DNA from: Tubiluchus corallicola
Taxonomy: Eukaryota > Animalia > Priapulida
DNA: 64,000 nt
Assembly (NCBI GenBank): GCA_030141605.1
Contig: JAQGDQ010000110.1
Location: 550,361-614,360 of the forward strand
Direction of reading: 5' to 3'
Part shown: piece after piece, positions 27,372 to 41,447 of the stretch
Numbering within the stretch: the first letter of the stretch is position 1
Layout of the letters: every line of letters begins with the position of its first letter
Translations under genes and position numbers: made by a program
The notes under the pieces: generated by a model
Database searches by the model: none
What the model was told of the DNA's origin: nothing
Seen by the model: only the letters and a program-made list of their open reading frames with translations

Positions 27372-27658
27372 ATGTCTGGAAGAGGACAAGAACATTCAAA
27401 GCATCACCAAACCAGCAATTTCACATGATGGTCGATGTGGAGGACTTAAAATAATTTCTGGACTAGTGTATGAAGACCCTCTTAAGTACCCAGTACTCTT
27501 GGAGAACATGCACTGAACACGTCAAGAGAAATACTGTCACAGCTGTAAATGTTGTCTATGTGTTAAAACGCTAAGTGCGTGCTTTGTATGGATTTTGAGA
27601 TTAAAGACAAGTGAAATAAATAATTGTAAAACAGAACCGGCACTTCCCAGGCCCACAC
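27372..27658 (+). pseudogene. H4: Histone H4 pseudogene (orphon) with degenerate 3' stem-loop
   Basis: ATG TCT GGA AGA GGA (MSGRG), then after a deletion NIQSITKPAI, CGGLKIISGLVYED, LEN, TEHVKRNTVTAVNVVYVLKR*VRALYGF*D*. Followed by AACCGGCACTTCCCAGGCCCACAC (27635-27658), resembling the histone stem-loop GGCCCTTTTCAGGGCCACCA, and a purine-rich tract. Confidence 0.9.
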
Positions 27659-28139
27659 ATATGAATTAAAAGAAATCCCCCAATTTGCTACTTACGTCTA
27701 CATGTACAGCATATAATACAACATTCTGTCTGCCCGTCATTAATTTGACGAAAGAAAGTTGTGTAAGAAATAATTTGATTGATTAGGATCACTATAGAGT
27801 TGAATTAGTACCCAGTGTCGACAAAACGTCTAACTTGTTTTGAGAAGAACGGCAGCAACTATTATGCAAATTAAGGCAAAAAAATGAAAATGCGTTTTAA
27901 AATGTAAAAAAAGTTGTAGATATGATATACTAGTAAATGTGCAGAAAAACACACCTCACAGCTAATATTGTAATTATTTGCAGATGTCTCAAACATTTAA
28001 CAGTACGTTGTTAACAATAATTTTATTTACCATAAAAACTACAATTTAGTGAGAAGAATTGCAACTACATATCAAAGACAGAGGTAAATCTAACGATATT
28101 TTCAGAGTGAAATCAACAGTGTAAATTTGTGTCACTGTA

Positions 28140-28430
28140 TCTGAATTAGTTGAACTCAATTATCTGTTTGCAATTACACACAAAGATAGCAGCACATACT
28201 GAGCCTAAAAACAAGAGCGACAGCACTAGTTGTTGGCTAAGTCTAAAAAATGTGCTTTAATAACAATGTTACAAAAAATGTGCTTTAATAACAATGTTAC
28301 ATCACATCTGAATCAGCTTGACTGAATTATTCGCTTACAATTATACATAAGATAACGGCACACACTGAGCCAAAAAATAAGCGAGAGCATTAGGTACCAG
28401 TGGTCAAGTCTCAAAAAAGATGCCTTAATG
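28140..28430. repeat. Old about 170-bp tandem duplication containing a young 27-bp duplication
   Basis: TCTGAAT..GTTGA..AATTAT..CAATTA.ACA.AAGATA..GCACA.ACTGAGCC.AAAA occurs twice; AAAAAATGTGCTTTAATAACAATGTTAC occurs twice at 28245-28300. Confidence 0.65.
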
Positions 28431-29738
28431 GCAAATGTTAGTTTTTGCCTGCTTGAGAGTTCTGTAAGAAACAAGGGCTATAAAATCATGACACAACTAT
28501 TGCATAATTAAAAATCAACATTTTAGTTAACATAATTAAAACGTTTTTGTAAATCAACAACATGACAGAAGCAATAGCATAGCTGCAGCAAGAAAAGCAC
28601 AACCTTCTATAATTATAAAATAAAATAGGTTCCAAGAGACACATTGTAAACGAAACAAAGTAACCTGCCACGAATGTTAAACAATATAAATTTTTGGGCA
28701 CTTGCCTGCCTACTTTCATGTAAAGCAAATGAAATTACAGTATCATAACTGTTTCATGCACGTACAAATTTAACCCATACAAGCATCACTGGAACAGTGC
28801 TAAGACCTCACCTAGCGTAATACTCTGCAAAAGTTACTCGGGATCAGTACTACAAATGCCACATATTAAACGAACCAACTGGCTAACAATTACCATACCT
28901 CTATTAAATGATAGTGAAAATGCGAAACATCCTATACCTACCTCATAAACATGGTCCCAAAATATAAGATAAACATCACAGTACATCAGTAAACAGTTTG
29001 ATATAAGGCTAAGAAAATAAAGCAAAGGTAAGTATGAAACTATTGCATTTCGAATGTACAGGACTAGAGGTGAATCACAAAAGCAACTTTACAGCTGTCC
29101 CAATATTAAAGAAGTGAATTTTTTGATGCAAGTGCCCAATTAACATTTAACAAAATTTACCCGCCTATTTCTCAAAGACTAGTTAGCATTGAATCAAAGG
29201 GCAACACCGGACATTGTTTGCAAAGCTGTGCAAGAAAGACAGAAGCCCTAGCTACCAGTTGTTCTTTAAGGTTATTTAATTTTGATTTTATCAAAGCGGC
29301 TTGCTTTTCAATGGCTCATTTCTATCTACAAAGGCATACATTGTTGATCGTGCATGCATTATAAGGTAACTAAAAGTATGATTGCTGAGATGTGGCTACA
29401 AATCTATTTATACCCTTGAGAATGATTGCAACATGATTGGAAAAGCTGAGACAAGCTTAAACTGCTCAACATTAAATTTTAAGCATTATTTTGGCACACC
29501 TAGCGTGTGTACAGAAATTTCTGCCCAATTGCATATTAATAAATATTGCCTGACACGATGAAGTTACCTTTCAACTTTAATCTTACTTTTGCTGTAGATT
29601 TCTATATTGATTTTAATCAGCTAGACAAATGCTAATTTTTCCATATATCTGGTATCAATGAAAAACTACTTTAAGCAAATGACGTTCTCGAATAGGTGGA
29701 TTTAATTTGGGTGTGTTGTTCTACACGCTTTTATGTCG

Positions 29739-32700
29739 TTATTTGCCGCTGTTGATGTAATACCGGTACAGCATGGCAACGGTGAAGGCTATCACTGCAG
29801 GCAGCAACCACTTCGTAAAAGAACTAGACAACAAAAAAGAAATTGATCATTTATGTTCCAAAATGTGACATGCATATTTTGAAGTTTTAATAAACAAAAA
29901 AAAGAAAACACTAGTTAGACTATTAAAGATATTAAAAGATAAATATTGCAGATAATCCAGCAGCAAAATTGTATTTCATTTTAGTCTTTACCATACAATA
30001 TTGTGTTATCATTACACTGGCAACAAATCGTTAAATTAAATCACGCTTTCAACTCAGAAATTTCTCTAAACATAGACGTTACATTTAGAATAAACATTCA
30101 ATTACAATAGGCGCCGCTTAATAGACTCACTTTAGGACCGAAGTGTTTTACCCAATTAACCGATGGGTGTATTACTGGTATGCAAGTATGAGTCATCAGC
30201 TTAGTATGCACTGCAAAGGCTCTTAATGAATTTTAGAAACGAAGTAATGCCTAAACTCCTTCGCAGTTAAAAATTAAAAAAAATATTTTAAAATATTAAT
30301 TCATCTAAGTGAATTAGCAATAAGCTAAAAAGTATACTTTTCTAAATCACGCAAGTCTATTTGCAAAAATTTTAAAAAATTCTTCTAAGTCGGCTGCTTC
30401 ATTTTTTTGCGAAGATGTTGGCTCACATAATTATAAAAATGTTGAAAATCTGTTGCTGTGTGATGCATGTATTCTCATAAAACATTTAGCGCTTGGCAGG
30501 CTTGAGCTGCAGTTCGTGGTGCACTTCACAATCTTTTCCTGTGCGTCACCGCTTAGATGCTAGTTTCTCATTTTGGCTTGCTGACTCCTCAATTTCTGAT
30601 TGTGTTTCAAAAATTCTGCCGAGAGTACAGGGAATACTGGCTTATTACTGTACCTACATCTTTGACTGTTAACTCATCAAGCGTGAAAGTGTGAAACGAG
30701 AGCTTCAAACGGAAACCACTAGACATGTGATTAAATGTTTAACTTCCAGAAATTCTTGGATAACGTTTTAAGCAAAACCGCTATGCTAGTGTATTAGCGC
30801 ATGATAAATGTACCTGCTTATAAACAAAATGCTACTTAACATGAATGTTTCTACATATATAATGCACAAAAGGGAAGTGAAGATGACATAAAAGTAGGAA
30901 AGGCTGTTTGTGCACATACAAATATCTTATTTTAAGTAGGTGAAAGAAAAATATTGAGTCAATTATGTGGAGTTATTTGAGTCAATTACCGACATTTTCA
31001 TGTACATTTGAATAGAAGGGGCCCATATCAGGCGTTTCTGAGTCAATTAAACGATTGAGTCTATTAACCATGAGTCTATTAAGCGGAAACCTACTGTACC
31101 GTTAAAAGATAATTTAATAAAAGCATGGTTACAAAACACATCCTAAGAGCAAGAAAATTTTAGTTAATACAGCTACGATTCATCAGTATTCATCTAGTTT
31201 TCAGTACTTTAGCTCTTGTGAAAATTGCAGGAAAATAAATTTAAACTGATACTTACAATTTCTCTGGCGGCTCAGATTCCGTGTATGCACTCTTTACCTG
31301 TCAAACAAAAATGGAATTAATGGTAACAGGGCAATGCTAAACTGTTTTGCGGTTCTCTCATTCTACAACTACTTATCTCACGGGCTAAGAAGACAGGTAT
31401 CTTGGGCTTTATGTAATTGGCTATTTTTTCTATGCATAATGAGAAAATAAGACTTATATAATGTTATATTGCAAACAAAACAACAGACTAATGAACTGCT
31501 GAACCCGCAATAGATCGTTCACCTCATCTCATGGGCTAAGACAGGTATCTTGGGCTTTATGTAATTGGCTATTTTTTCTATGCATAATAAGAAAATAAGA
31601 CTTATATGATGTTATATTGCAAACAAAAAACAGACTAATAAGCTGCTGAACCCGCAATAGATCATTCACATGTGGGTTCAAGAAGTATAAAAAGCTAACA
31701 AAATAAACAGAATATACAAGAGAAGAGGCAAAGTGTTGAAACAGCTTAAATCGCATTCACTACCACATACTGACCTACTCTTGTTGTAAATTTCAGGGAC
31801 TAATATAAGTAATGTATCACATTAGCAATTAAAAAAACGGCAACATTTTTTTGTTTACATCAACTGCAGCCAGAGTTGTATAGTAAGATATTTGTCACCA
31901 TTTGTATTAAGATCAGTTACAGATTTGAACGTGAAAGAGAAACAGTTAGCAACTCACCGGGAAATCTTTTTCAGGTCGATCCTCCTGAAGCAAAAAGAGT
32001 AAATTGTAAAGACATACTTAGGTAGCCACTAACCATATATACAGACATGAATTATTTCTGTCTAATAACAAAGCATTGTTGTGGTAGGACCAGAATCTTA
32101 TTCATTATCAAAAAAGTAGCAGTCACTGTAGTTTAATTATGTTCACTATGGCAGATTGATCAGCAGAGACTGAAATTCTCAAAAGCAATTTGCTTGGCCA
32201 TAACTCCTTCTCAGACCCGGAAACAGGCTCAAAGTTGCTTAAGTTCAGAGGCTAAAACACACCATTACCACCTAACTGTTTACCTCGCTACTTTATCAAA
32301 ATGATTCAAATCTAATTTGACTCGCATGTGTACTAAACTTACAAAAATCATAAACAAGATTTCTTAACATGTTTTTCAAAGACTAACTAGCGGCTAGGGT
32401 AAATGTCTCAACAAAATGAATACACTTATTTGCTAATCAAGCGAGGATCAATCATGAAAATCACTAAAATAAAAAAAACATTCTCAAAAATAGAAAAAAG
32501 GGACAGTGGCACAAAAAGGAAAAAGAAAGACGTAGTGCGAGAGAGAGAAAGGCGAAAGAGGAGTGACAGAGAGAGAGAGATTGAGAAAGAGAAGATATTC
32601 TAAATTGAACTAAGTATTTATAAGGAATTATTTTTCTTGCATTCTTGACTACTGACCTCTGCTAGATCACCTATATAATAACTTTTCATCAAGTCTCTAG

Positions 32701-35700
32701 CATCAGTGGAATGTCCAACATCCTCAAAATTTTCAGTCGCATTTTTGCCTGAGAAAGAAAAGTTTCAAAGATATTACAGATTAACATTAGGCTTTGAATG
32801 AAAATCACATTTGCTGGGAAAACTACAATGAAATGTATAGCAAGCGAGGTATTGTTTAGATTTGGATAGGCAATACAGCGCACAGCCTTATATAAGTGAA
32901 CATCCTAGCATTCATTGATGATTTCACTGATGAAATATGTCAATCTATTTTGACACACAAAAAATATGCAGTGATTTTTTGTTTTGAATATTTTAAGATT
33001 TTGCATTTAGATAGATATTTCCAGGAAAAAGATTTTCACACACAACAATATATAAAATTCACAAGGCAGACCCCACGGACATGCTCACTGCAGTGCGTTT
33101 GCACTATTTGAAAGTCCTTTCATATTATGTACCGACTTCAGTGTAAAAATTATAATTACAAATTAAAGAAATACATACATAATAATTGTGATGCAAAAAA
33201 CAATCGGGATAAATTACTGGCACCTGCTATAGTGGTCACACGACCTTTGTTTTTCTCACCTATCAGAAAATTTTTTACTAATCAAACAAGCCATATACCT
33301 CCTTGTTCTATTAGCACTTCTTCGCCTCCTGGGTGCTAAAACAAAAAAGTAATTTAAAATTACTATTTGTTAAGATGTGTTTAAATAACTTTTATTACAT
33401 AAACTGTAATTATAGCAAACAATTGTGCTGCAGTTATGCAGTAGAAAACTAACTGCATTAAAAAAGGAAATGTTATTATGAGATGTTTCGCAACTACAAA
33501 ATTAAAAATTTAGGTGAGAGCTATGCCAGAAACAAAACACTGTGAGGGAAATTTGTTAAACAAACAGGAACAGTTCCGTTCAGGAAAATCTTACAATGTT
33601 TTACTGTTCTTCTCACTCACATATCACAGCGAGTTGCCCTCATCCTAGTGAAACTGTACCACCTCCAAATACTCGAACAAATTCTAGAACGCTAAATCTG
33701 AGTTCTCATACAAATGCAAAATTGAAACTAGGACACTATTTGACAAATCTGATGGTAATAAATACCTTGGTAAAACATTGAAGACTAGACTCTATTGACC
33801 AAATTATATTGCTTATTTTTTCTACTTTTAAAAGAAATGTAGCTAGCTAGCAGTTCTATAGTACAAGTAGGAATGACCTAGCATGCCTACTGCTGTTATG
33901 TTCATAAGACATTTGTATCAAAGACTGAAATAAAATGCTGAAAAGAGGCAATCATCTCACTATGTTCCATGCCCAATGAACCATACAATGCCTAAATTGG
34001 TGTTTTAAAAAAAATGCCAGCCTAACTACCAAGTAAGCTTAAGAATGTTCAGCAACATGTTTCATTTGGATTATCACCAATTTCACAGATTAAAATACTT
34101 CATATATGCAACAAAGAGATTGCTAAGCCTGCACATTCAACAATACTTCAAAACTGAATCAATCAAGCAGGGACAAACAGCAACTCGTGTTTTAATTAAC
34201 CCCGGCAAAAAACAATGACAAATAAAATCATTCCCATTCATCATGAGTAACGACAAAAGCTCAAGTGTAACAGTTCACATTTGGTACTCATGTAGTTATT
34301 TAAATATTGCAGTTCAAATACATGGCAGTATTGACGTGTCAGTACAGCAAAACACTCAAATAGTACTGATAATTTTGTGTGACTAAGAGCTATTTTGAGA
34401 TTTGCTTCTACACTTAAAACAAAAACTATTTATGTAAGACGTCACAAGTACATATATAACCAAATGAAAAGTCAAACTTGTTGCAAGAACTAAAAGTAAT
34501 TTATGCTTAGCAAAACACGCTACGGTGTAATCTTAATAAAATGTTCGTTATAATAAATTCAGATTTTAGTAATGGTTATAGCCCTACAGAGTCTAGACAT
34601 TTCAGGTGGAGGTTCCATAGTCCACACCCATCTAAACACTTAGCTCTCATACCCTTGCGCGATCAAGGCCTTACACTAGCAGTTAAACATGAACCTTGAA
34701 CTGTTGAACAACTGCAGTAACTATTGCCTTGCATAATTCAGATTATGTGCAACCTGTTTAGCAGAAATATGCCTGACCATCCCAGTGTAATACCTCAGAG
34801 CTTCTTTCAGTTACAATATTAAAGACAGCTTTGCCACTGTACAAAAAAAATCGCTAAAACAAAAACCAATGTGACTTGTACTAACTAGATTTAAATTTTC
34901 CCTGCAAGTTAAAGTTCTTTTATATTCATAAAGAAGCCTTTTGTATGGAACCGTCAGCTAATTCACAAGTTCACAGATGTGAAAATGTATTTATAAATTA
35001 ACGATCATTAATGTTAAAGCTTGGGTTATTTAAAGAAATAAAAGTTTTAATTAAACAGTCACTGCTAAAAAGAATATGGTAAACCATTTTGAAGACTATG
35101 TTTTGAACTGAGGCTAATCAGATTTTGCGACTACTAATTTGAATAATGAACATTTTTTTGCCATTTGTAATTGCTCTCTCATCTCTTTGTCGGTTTTGCC
35201 TGACTTGTATAACAATGTGCGCAATCCAATTTCACAACTTGATCATTGCAATGTAACATGTTGTATATGTACATAGCATAAGTGTTATCACTTTGGTATT
35301 ATTATAAGAAAAAATTTGTATTATTACAAAAAAATCTTAAAGTAAACTTCATTAATTTAATCAAGTCAGGCCTTCATTAATAATTCAAAAGCAGGCCTTG
35401 CAGTGCACAACTCCTAGGTATTGTCGATTTATGAACATAAATAATTGACCATGCAGCTTCACTTGACACAGTCTATTTAGATTTTGCAAAGGCATTTGAT
35501 TCAGTTTCTCACAAAGAAAAATCTTAGCAAAGTTATACGCCCGACGCAGCAGAAAATACAACTTCTCATTAGACAATGTGAAGAAATTCAGTAAAATTGA
35601 CTGTCAAGAACTACACACAAATTGCACAACTACAAACTGATTTGAACAAACTTACAAGAATGGACAAACGTTTGGCAAGTTGAGGTTTAATATAGACAAA

Positions 35701-38700
35701 TGTGATGTGATGCATGTAGGTTACCATAATATAAGTTATGTATAATGATGGAGAACCAATTGACTTAAATGAAACGGAACGTGAGGATTTAGGAATCACA
35801 TTGATAGTGACAGTAAACTGAAATTCGATGAGCAGTCTGAAGCAGTAGCCAGCAAGAGAAAACAGAATAGTCTTGGGTTGCCAGACGTCCCTGATACAAG
35901 TCCCATATTTGATAATTTCGTCTCTTGCCCCTTGATGACCTTTCAGGAACACCCAAATGTCCCGTATTTAGTTCATTTTCAAATTTCATAATGAAAATAC
36001 ATTTTTACTACCTTCTTACATTTCTTAGTTGTAACTTTATAAGTAATTAGTAATACCTTCTTTTCTCAGATTCTCTTGATGAAAATAACCCAAATGTAAT
36101 GATGACACTATGTAGCTAGTGCTGCTAGAAGTTTACACAAAACTGACGTATTTGCTGCCTAATTTTCAAAATTATTTTCCTTTCATTTTTATATTGTCTC
36201 TACTGAATAAGAATTTTGCAATGATTTCACTTTCTCAGAATTTCTTTTACTTATCTATATTAAATAATAATAATATCTTTCTGCTGTCAGTATTAAATAA
36301 ATTATTGTACTTTTGTTTTCCAGATAACCCATTGAAATCCTTGCTTTATGTTTTTAACTTATCTCTCTACTTTTATGTAACATTTTTCTAACAGATATAA
36401 CAGATCACCTCCCAATTTTTCTAATTATTGATCTCAAAATTGAAACATACAGTAAGGAATACGTGCGCAAACATATTTATAATGTTCATATAAAAAACAA
36501 AATTATCCAAGATTTAAATCAATGTGACTGGTCAGATTTATATTCTGCAACTAATACTGAAGACGCATACAATTTATTTCATACTAAGCTTTCTGATATT
36601 TATAACAAACATATTAAACTACAGAAAAGCAATAACAATCATCAAGTAGCAAAAAAACCTTGGATCACTACAGCACTTTTAGTAAGTGTTAAGCGGAAAA
36701 ATAAAATGTATCGTTCTCTGGTGAACAAGACAAATAATGACGTATCTGAAGTAGAATACAAACGATATAGAAATGAACTTAATACAGTTATAAAAGCATC
36801 AAAATGTCAGTATTATAGGGATAGATTGATGACAGTTAAAGATAACATAAAAAAGACATGGGATACAATGAAAGAAATTATGCATAAAGAAAGACAAAAT
36901 CGACCCATTACGTTGTTCATAAACAATAAATTAATTAAAAATAATGTAGAGGTGGCAAATGCTTTTAATGATTACTTTGCCAATATTGGACCAATGTTAT
37001 CAGAACAAATTGAAAACACAAACATAAATCCATGTACATATCTTAAAGGTACCTACCGACAAAGCTTTTTTATTAGTGCAGTAACAGAAAATGATATAAT
37101 AAATACTTGTAAATCGTTTAATCGGAATAAAGGTCCTGGTAAGGACAAAATGTTACCTAAAGTCGTAATAGACACGATTGACTACATCTCTAAACCTTTG
37201 CAATATTTAATTAATTTATCTTTTCTTACAGGTGAAATACCAACGAAATTGAAAGAATCAATTATTGTTCCTTTGTTTAAATCAGATGATCCCATGTCTC
37301 TGAACAATTATAGACCAGTGTCCTTATTGCCTTTTATATCAAAAATATTAGAAAAAGTTTTTTACAATCAGTTATCTCATTATTTAATAAAAAAAAGAAT
37401 TCTGAGTAATAAACAATTTGGTTTCAGAAAAGGTAGCTCCACTGAAATGGCCTTAACAAAAATTATAGAAAATATCATTAATACTGTTGAAAAAAATGGC
37501 ACATCCTACGGAGTATTTTGCGACCTATCAAAAGCATTTGATACAGTAAACCATGACATTCTGCTAAATAAGTTGTACTATTACGGTATCAGAGGTTTGC
37601 CTCATATGTGGCTAAAGAATTATTTAACAGGGCGCACTCAGACAGTAAAATACAATAACGCTTTTTCAGATGTAGCACCAATCAAGTGTGGCGTGCCCCA
37701 AGGCTCAGTCCTTGGGCCACTACTTTTTCTAATTTATATTAATGACATCAAATTTTGTGTTAAAAATCACAATTTATTTCAGTTTGCTGATGATACAAGC
37801 ATTTTTTTTAGCTTTCATAAAATAGAAACCAATATTGATTACATAAATACAATTCTACATGATCTAGCTATATGGTTCAAAACAAATAAACTTTCACTAA
37901 ATTCATCAAAAACAAAATACATTCTGTTTAGATCCCGAAATAAACCAATTCAGGCGAACCACGATTTAATAATAGACCACAAAAGAATTACACGTGTAAA
38001 AGAACTGAAATTTCTGGGATTAATACTGAATGAGCATCTAGACTGGCGACCACATATATTCATGATCAGATTAAAAATATCAAAAAATATAGGTATCATC
38101 TCATATATTAAAAACTTTCTGAACACCGAACATCTTCTAACATTATACAACAGTTTAATATTATCATATTTAAATTACTGCACAACATTATGGGGCTTTA
38201 CTTATACTACAAATTTAGAATGCTTAAGAGTTTTACAACGAAAATTTTTACGTGTCATCTTCAAACTAGACAAAAGGAGCACAATTACTACTGCACATTT
38301 TAAGCAATGTCAAATATTACTTCTGGATGATGTTATTAATTTTAATGGATGTATATACATGTATAGAACCAACAACAACTTATTTCCAACTTTTTTTGAA
38401 AATCCAGTCAAGATAAATGTAAAAAAATACAATACCAGACATAATGAATATATACCAAGACATTGTAGAACAAATATGGCGAAACACTTCATTAGCTATA
38501 TGGGGCCAGTCCTATGGAACAGACTAAGCCGCAATTCGAAATGTAGTCACTCCCTTTTAACTTTTAAAAAAACCGTCAGAAAAGAAATATTTCAAAAGTA
38601 TTAAGAGTAACACAATTTAATAATGGTAATAACCAGCATTTTTTCCTACAGTAATCTTAATATAACGTGACTATGTTTAACAGGATACCGAACACTTTGT

Positions 38701-39563
38701 AACCATGATCAGAGTTTTTCTTAGTTCTCGCTCTATTTCATCTTTCATTCACTACTCCCCCCCATTTTTTTTTTAAGAATTCCACATACAGTTTGGCCTG
38801 TCAAGCTATGCTTTTAGGCTCAAACTGTATGCATCAAAAAATTATTCTGTAATGAAATTTGCACATGTATCCCGCATTCTGTAATTTCTTGATAATACTG
38901 CATTTATTCATATTTATATTTATATTTACTCAAATGGAAAATTATCTGTATTTTAATGCTAATTGTAAGATGCAATGTGGAAAATGAATAAACTCTCTCT
39001 TGAATCTTGAAAAAAAAAACATATTAGTCCGAGTGTATGAGCATGTATAAATTATATATATATAGTAATATCGAAAGAGATTTTAAGTGTCCTGTATTTC
39101 TAATTTTCTAATTTGGCAGCCCTAGAGTAGTCGGAATGATGAAAAATTCATTTGACTATATGGACACTAACATTGCTTTAAATTACATTGTTTAAATTGC
39201 TATTATACATTGCATTAGTTAGTATGAAACTGGAATATGGTAATGTAGTGAGGCTTCCATTTTACAGGAAGAGCATCAATTTACTAGAAAATGTACAGAG
39301 TTGAGCAACAAAGATGGTATACAACATATAAACGTTTGAGTAAAACGATGCTGACACTGAAGCTGCCTAGTTTAACATGGGCATAGGTTCAGAGGTGATA
39401 TGACAAAGCATACGCGATAACTCACCTCATCGATAAATTTTGTTACGTCATACACTTTATTGTGAATAACAACCCATAATGATTTTGCTGATTTGTGCGT
39501 TTCTATTTCACTTAATCGAAACTGTTTTGCCGTTTTTTCAGTATCTTTTGTTTCTTCGGCCAT
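29739..39563 (-). CDS. CYB5: Cytochrome b5, membrane-anchored (microsomal type), 6 coding exons
   Basis: Exons 39426-39563 ([24 protein letters not shown]), 33299-33335 ([12 protein letters not shown]), 32657-32748 ([30 protein letters not shown]), 31958-31984 (EDRPEKDFP), 31257-31297 ([13 protein letters not shown]), 29739-29823 ([27 protein letters not shown]). Both heme-ligand His are present; introns are GT-AG and phases join. Confidence 0.95.
30105..31096. mobile_element. pogo/Tigger-like MITE of about 1 kb, copy 1
   Basis: TA|CAATAGGCGCCGCTTAATAGACTCA ... TGAGTCTATTAAGCGGAAACCTACTG|TA; subterminal TTAATTGACTCA repeats; inverted copy at 41448-42406. Confidence 0.88.
31382..31670. repeat. 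About 150-bp tandem duplication
   Basis: GGGCTAAGA..CAGGTATCTTGGGCTTTATGTAATTGGCTATTTTTTCTATGCATAAT..GAACCCGCAATAGATC twice. Confidence 0.9.
35440..35870 (+). mobile_element. Decayed CR1-type LINE RT fragment
   Basis: Broken translation [16 protein letters not shown] ... LQTDLNKL ... [13 protein letters not shown] ... EDLGI ... DSKLKF. Confidence 0.75.
36380..39019 (+). mobile_element. Crack/L2/CR1-group LINE, 5'-truncated at the end of the endonuclease, uninterrupted RT ORF to 38604
   Basis: In-frame [10 protein letters not shown] (APE C-terminus) just upstream of the 713-aa ORF; [73 protein letters not shown]. The 3' UTR ends AATAAACTCTCTCTTGAATCTTGAAAAAAAAAA. Antisense inside cytochrome b5 intron 1. 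Confidence 0.93.
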
Positions 39564-40249
39564 TTTCGCGATTTTTACAGTTACGAAATTCCTACACCTG
39601 ATTAAAAGCGCTTAATTCTAAAATAACCTTCAAAATTCACTTTCACTCAGCAATGTCAGCAAAGCACAATCGGACAACACAGTACAGTACACCAGTACAG
39701 CATGGATGTAGTCGCTAGCTCTACCGCAAGTTCCAACCGCCATCTATCGAAGAGCTTTGTACTCATCTTCTATTTTTTATAGGACAATAATGTTTTTTAC
39801 CAGCATAAGTTACATAACCAGCTCACTATTGTGGAACAAGGCTACATAATCATGTAAGTAAGTTTATCATGTCTAATTGTAACTAAAATTTTGTAAAACC
39901 TCAATAAATGAAACAATCCAATCAAAGTCACTTGCTTCCTTTATCATCTAGACATTATTTTGTCTCTCAAAATGTGATTTTCTAAGCTAAACTTACTTTT
40001 AAAACTACACGTATAACATGGAATAACTTTAAAAAATAAATAATAGTTTACTTGAGGTGCTTGCACAGTTTTATTTAGTTATTGCTAAGTTATAATAGCA
40101 GAAGCTGAGAAATTGTGAAAAACGAAATTTAACATAAAATATGTATATTTCATGCAGGTTTCACTTATTACCTAAAAGGACAACTACAGTTTACTGTACT
40201 GTAACAACACACACAATAATGTTCTGCCTGTATGATCTACTTCAGCAAG

Positions 40250-40762
40250 TGTTACCATCTACGAAAAATACAAATTTGTTGAAGATATAGCATAGAGTAA
40301 AGTACAGTCAAACCACTTTATACTGCTTACTTTGGGACTGCAAAAAAGTTTTCGTTAAACGAGTTTGGCATTATAATGAGATGTACTAATGTATACATGT
40401 CTATGCATATACAGACATTTTGTTTTGCTAAAAATTTGAGCACTAAACAAGATTGGTATTATAAAGCGGGCTGTTATAACTTGGTTTGACTGTAGTGAAA
40501 GTTTGCCCTTTCTCAGCAAAGGCTAAGCATTTATTAATGAATCAGTAAAAATATGTGAACAACAGCTTCGAATCTTAATCATTTATTTCATGTTCAGCAG
40601 TTAGTCAGCAATAACAATTATTACAGCTCTTTAGTTTACTTGTACTACAACATGATTCAGAGGTAAAATAACATAAAATGATGAACATGAACAGCGATCT
40701 TAATAAGCAGCCCGTGGCTATACAACAGTAACTGTCAAAATAGGCCCATTCTTTATTAAAAT
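40250..40762 (+). repeat. 513-bp direct repeat, copy A (near-identical to 48635-49147)
   Basis: TGTTACCATCTACGAAAAATAC ... TAGGCCCAT.CTTTATTAAAAT with few substitutions; includes a MITE at 40305-40492. Confidence 0.92.
40305..40492. mobile_element. Short pogo-like MITE
   Basis: TA|CAGTCAAACC ... GGTTTGACTG|TA; second copy at 48690-48877. Confidence 0.8.
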
Positions 40763-41447
40763 TTATCTTTAAAAAAACAACTGTATCAAAATAACGCAGT
40801 ATTTTATCACAAGTATGTAAAAGAACTACAGTCATACAAATGAACTTCAGAGACTATACAGTAGTACTTTGGTATCTTAGGTAAAGCCTGAAGTTCATTG
40901 TCCGACATCAGCTGATTTTAACATATTTATTGAAATGGCAACCTATGGTGCAGTGAAAGTTAAAAAACAATATAAAACCTGAATGGTGGCAACTAACGGC
41001 AACGCACAGTACTATACCGAGTGAGCCTGTACATATTATCACAAGATACATGCTTGTGTTGCAAGAAATGCATTTTCTGGAAATTCTAGCTCTCAGAAAC
41101 TAATGCAGCACATATCAGCAATCACAGAAATTCACTATTAAACTTAGCCATTGTTACACGTAAGCACGACTAGATACAGGATCATCACTCAAGCGACAAT
41201 TCTTTGGATTTTCAGCAACTTTAGATTTTACAAGACTTTACAAGTTTAAACAACATACATGTACGCTTGTCAAGTGCTAAAATTTTTTATCTGTGCGGGA
41301 TGCATTCCAAAATTCCGCACAGCTAAAAAATTTTAGCATTGTAATACCAGTACGCAAGGGCTATCATTTGACGAGGGTACACGTAAGTTGTTTAAACTTG
41401 TGAAGTCTTGTATTTTCTAAAGCTGTCTATACATATATATATATATA

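Noticed and set aside
36463-38604. RT ORF as a retron, group II intron or domesticated gene
   Set aside because: The endonuclease remnant, LINE-type motifs, 3' UTR and A-tail identify an ordinary non-LTR retrotransposon.
1-39563. Non-canonical (U12, AT-AC or GC-AG) introns
   Set aside because: All traced VPS18 and cytochrome b5 junctions were GT-AG without the GTATCCT U12 donor.
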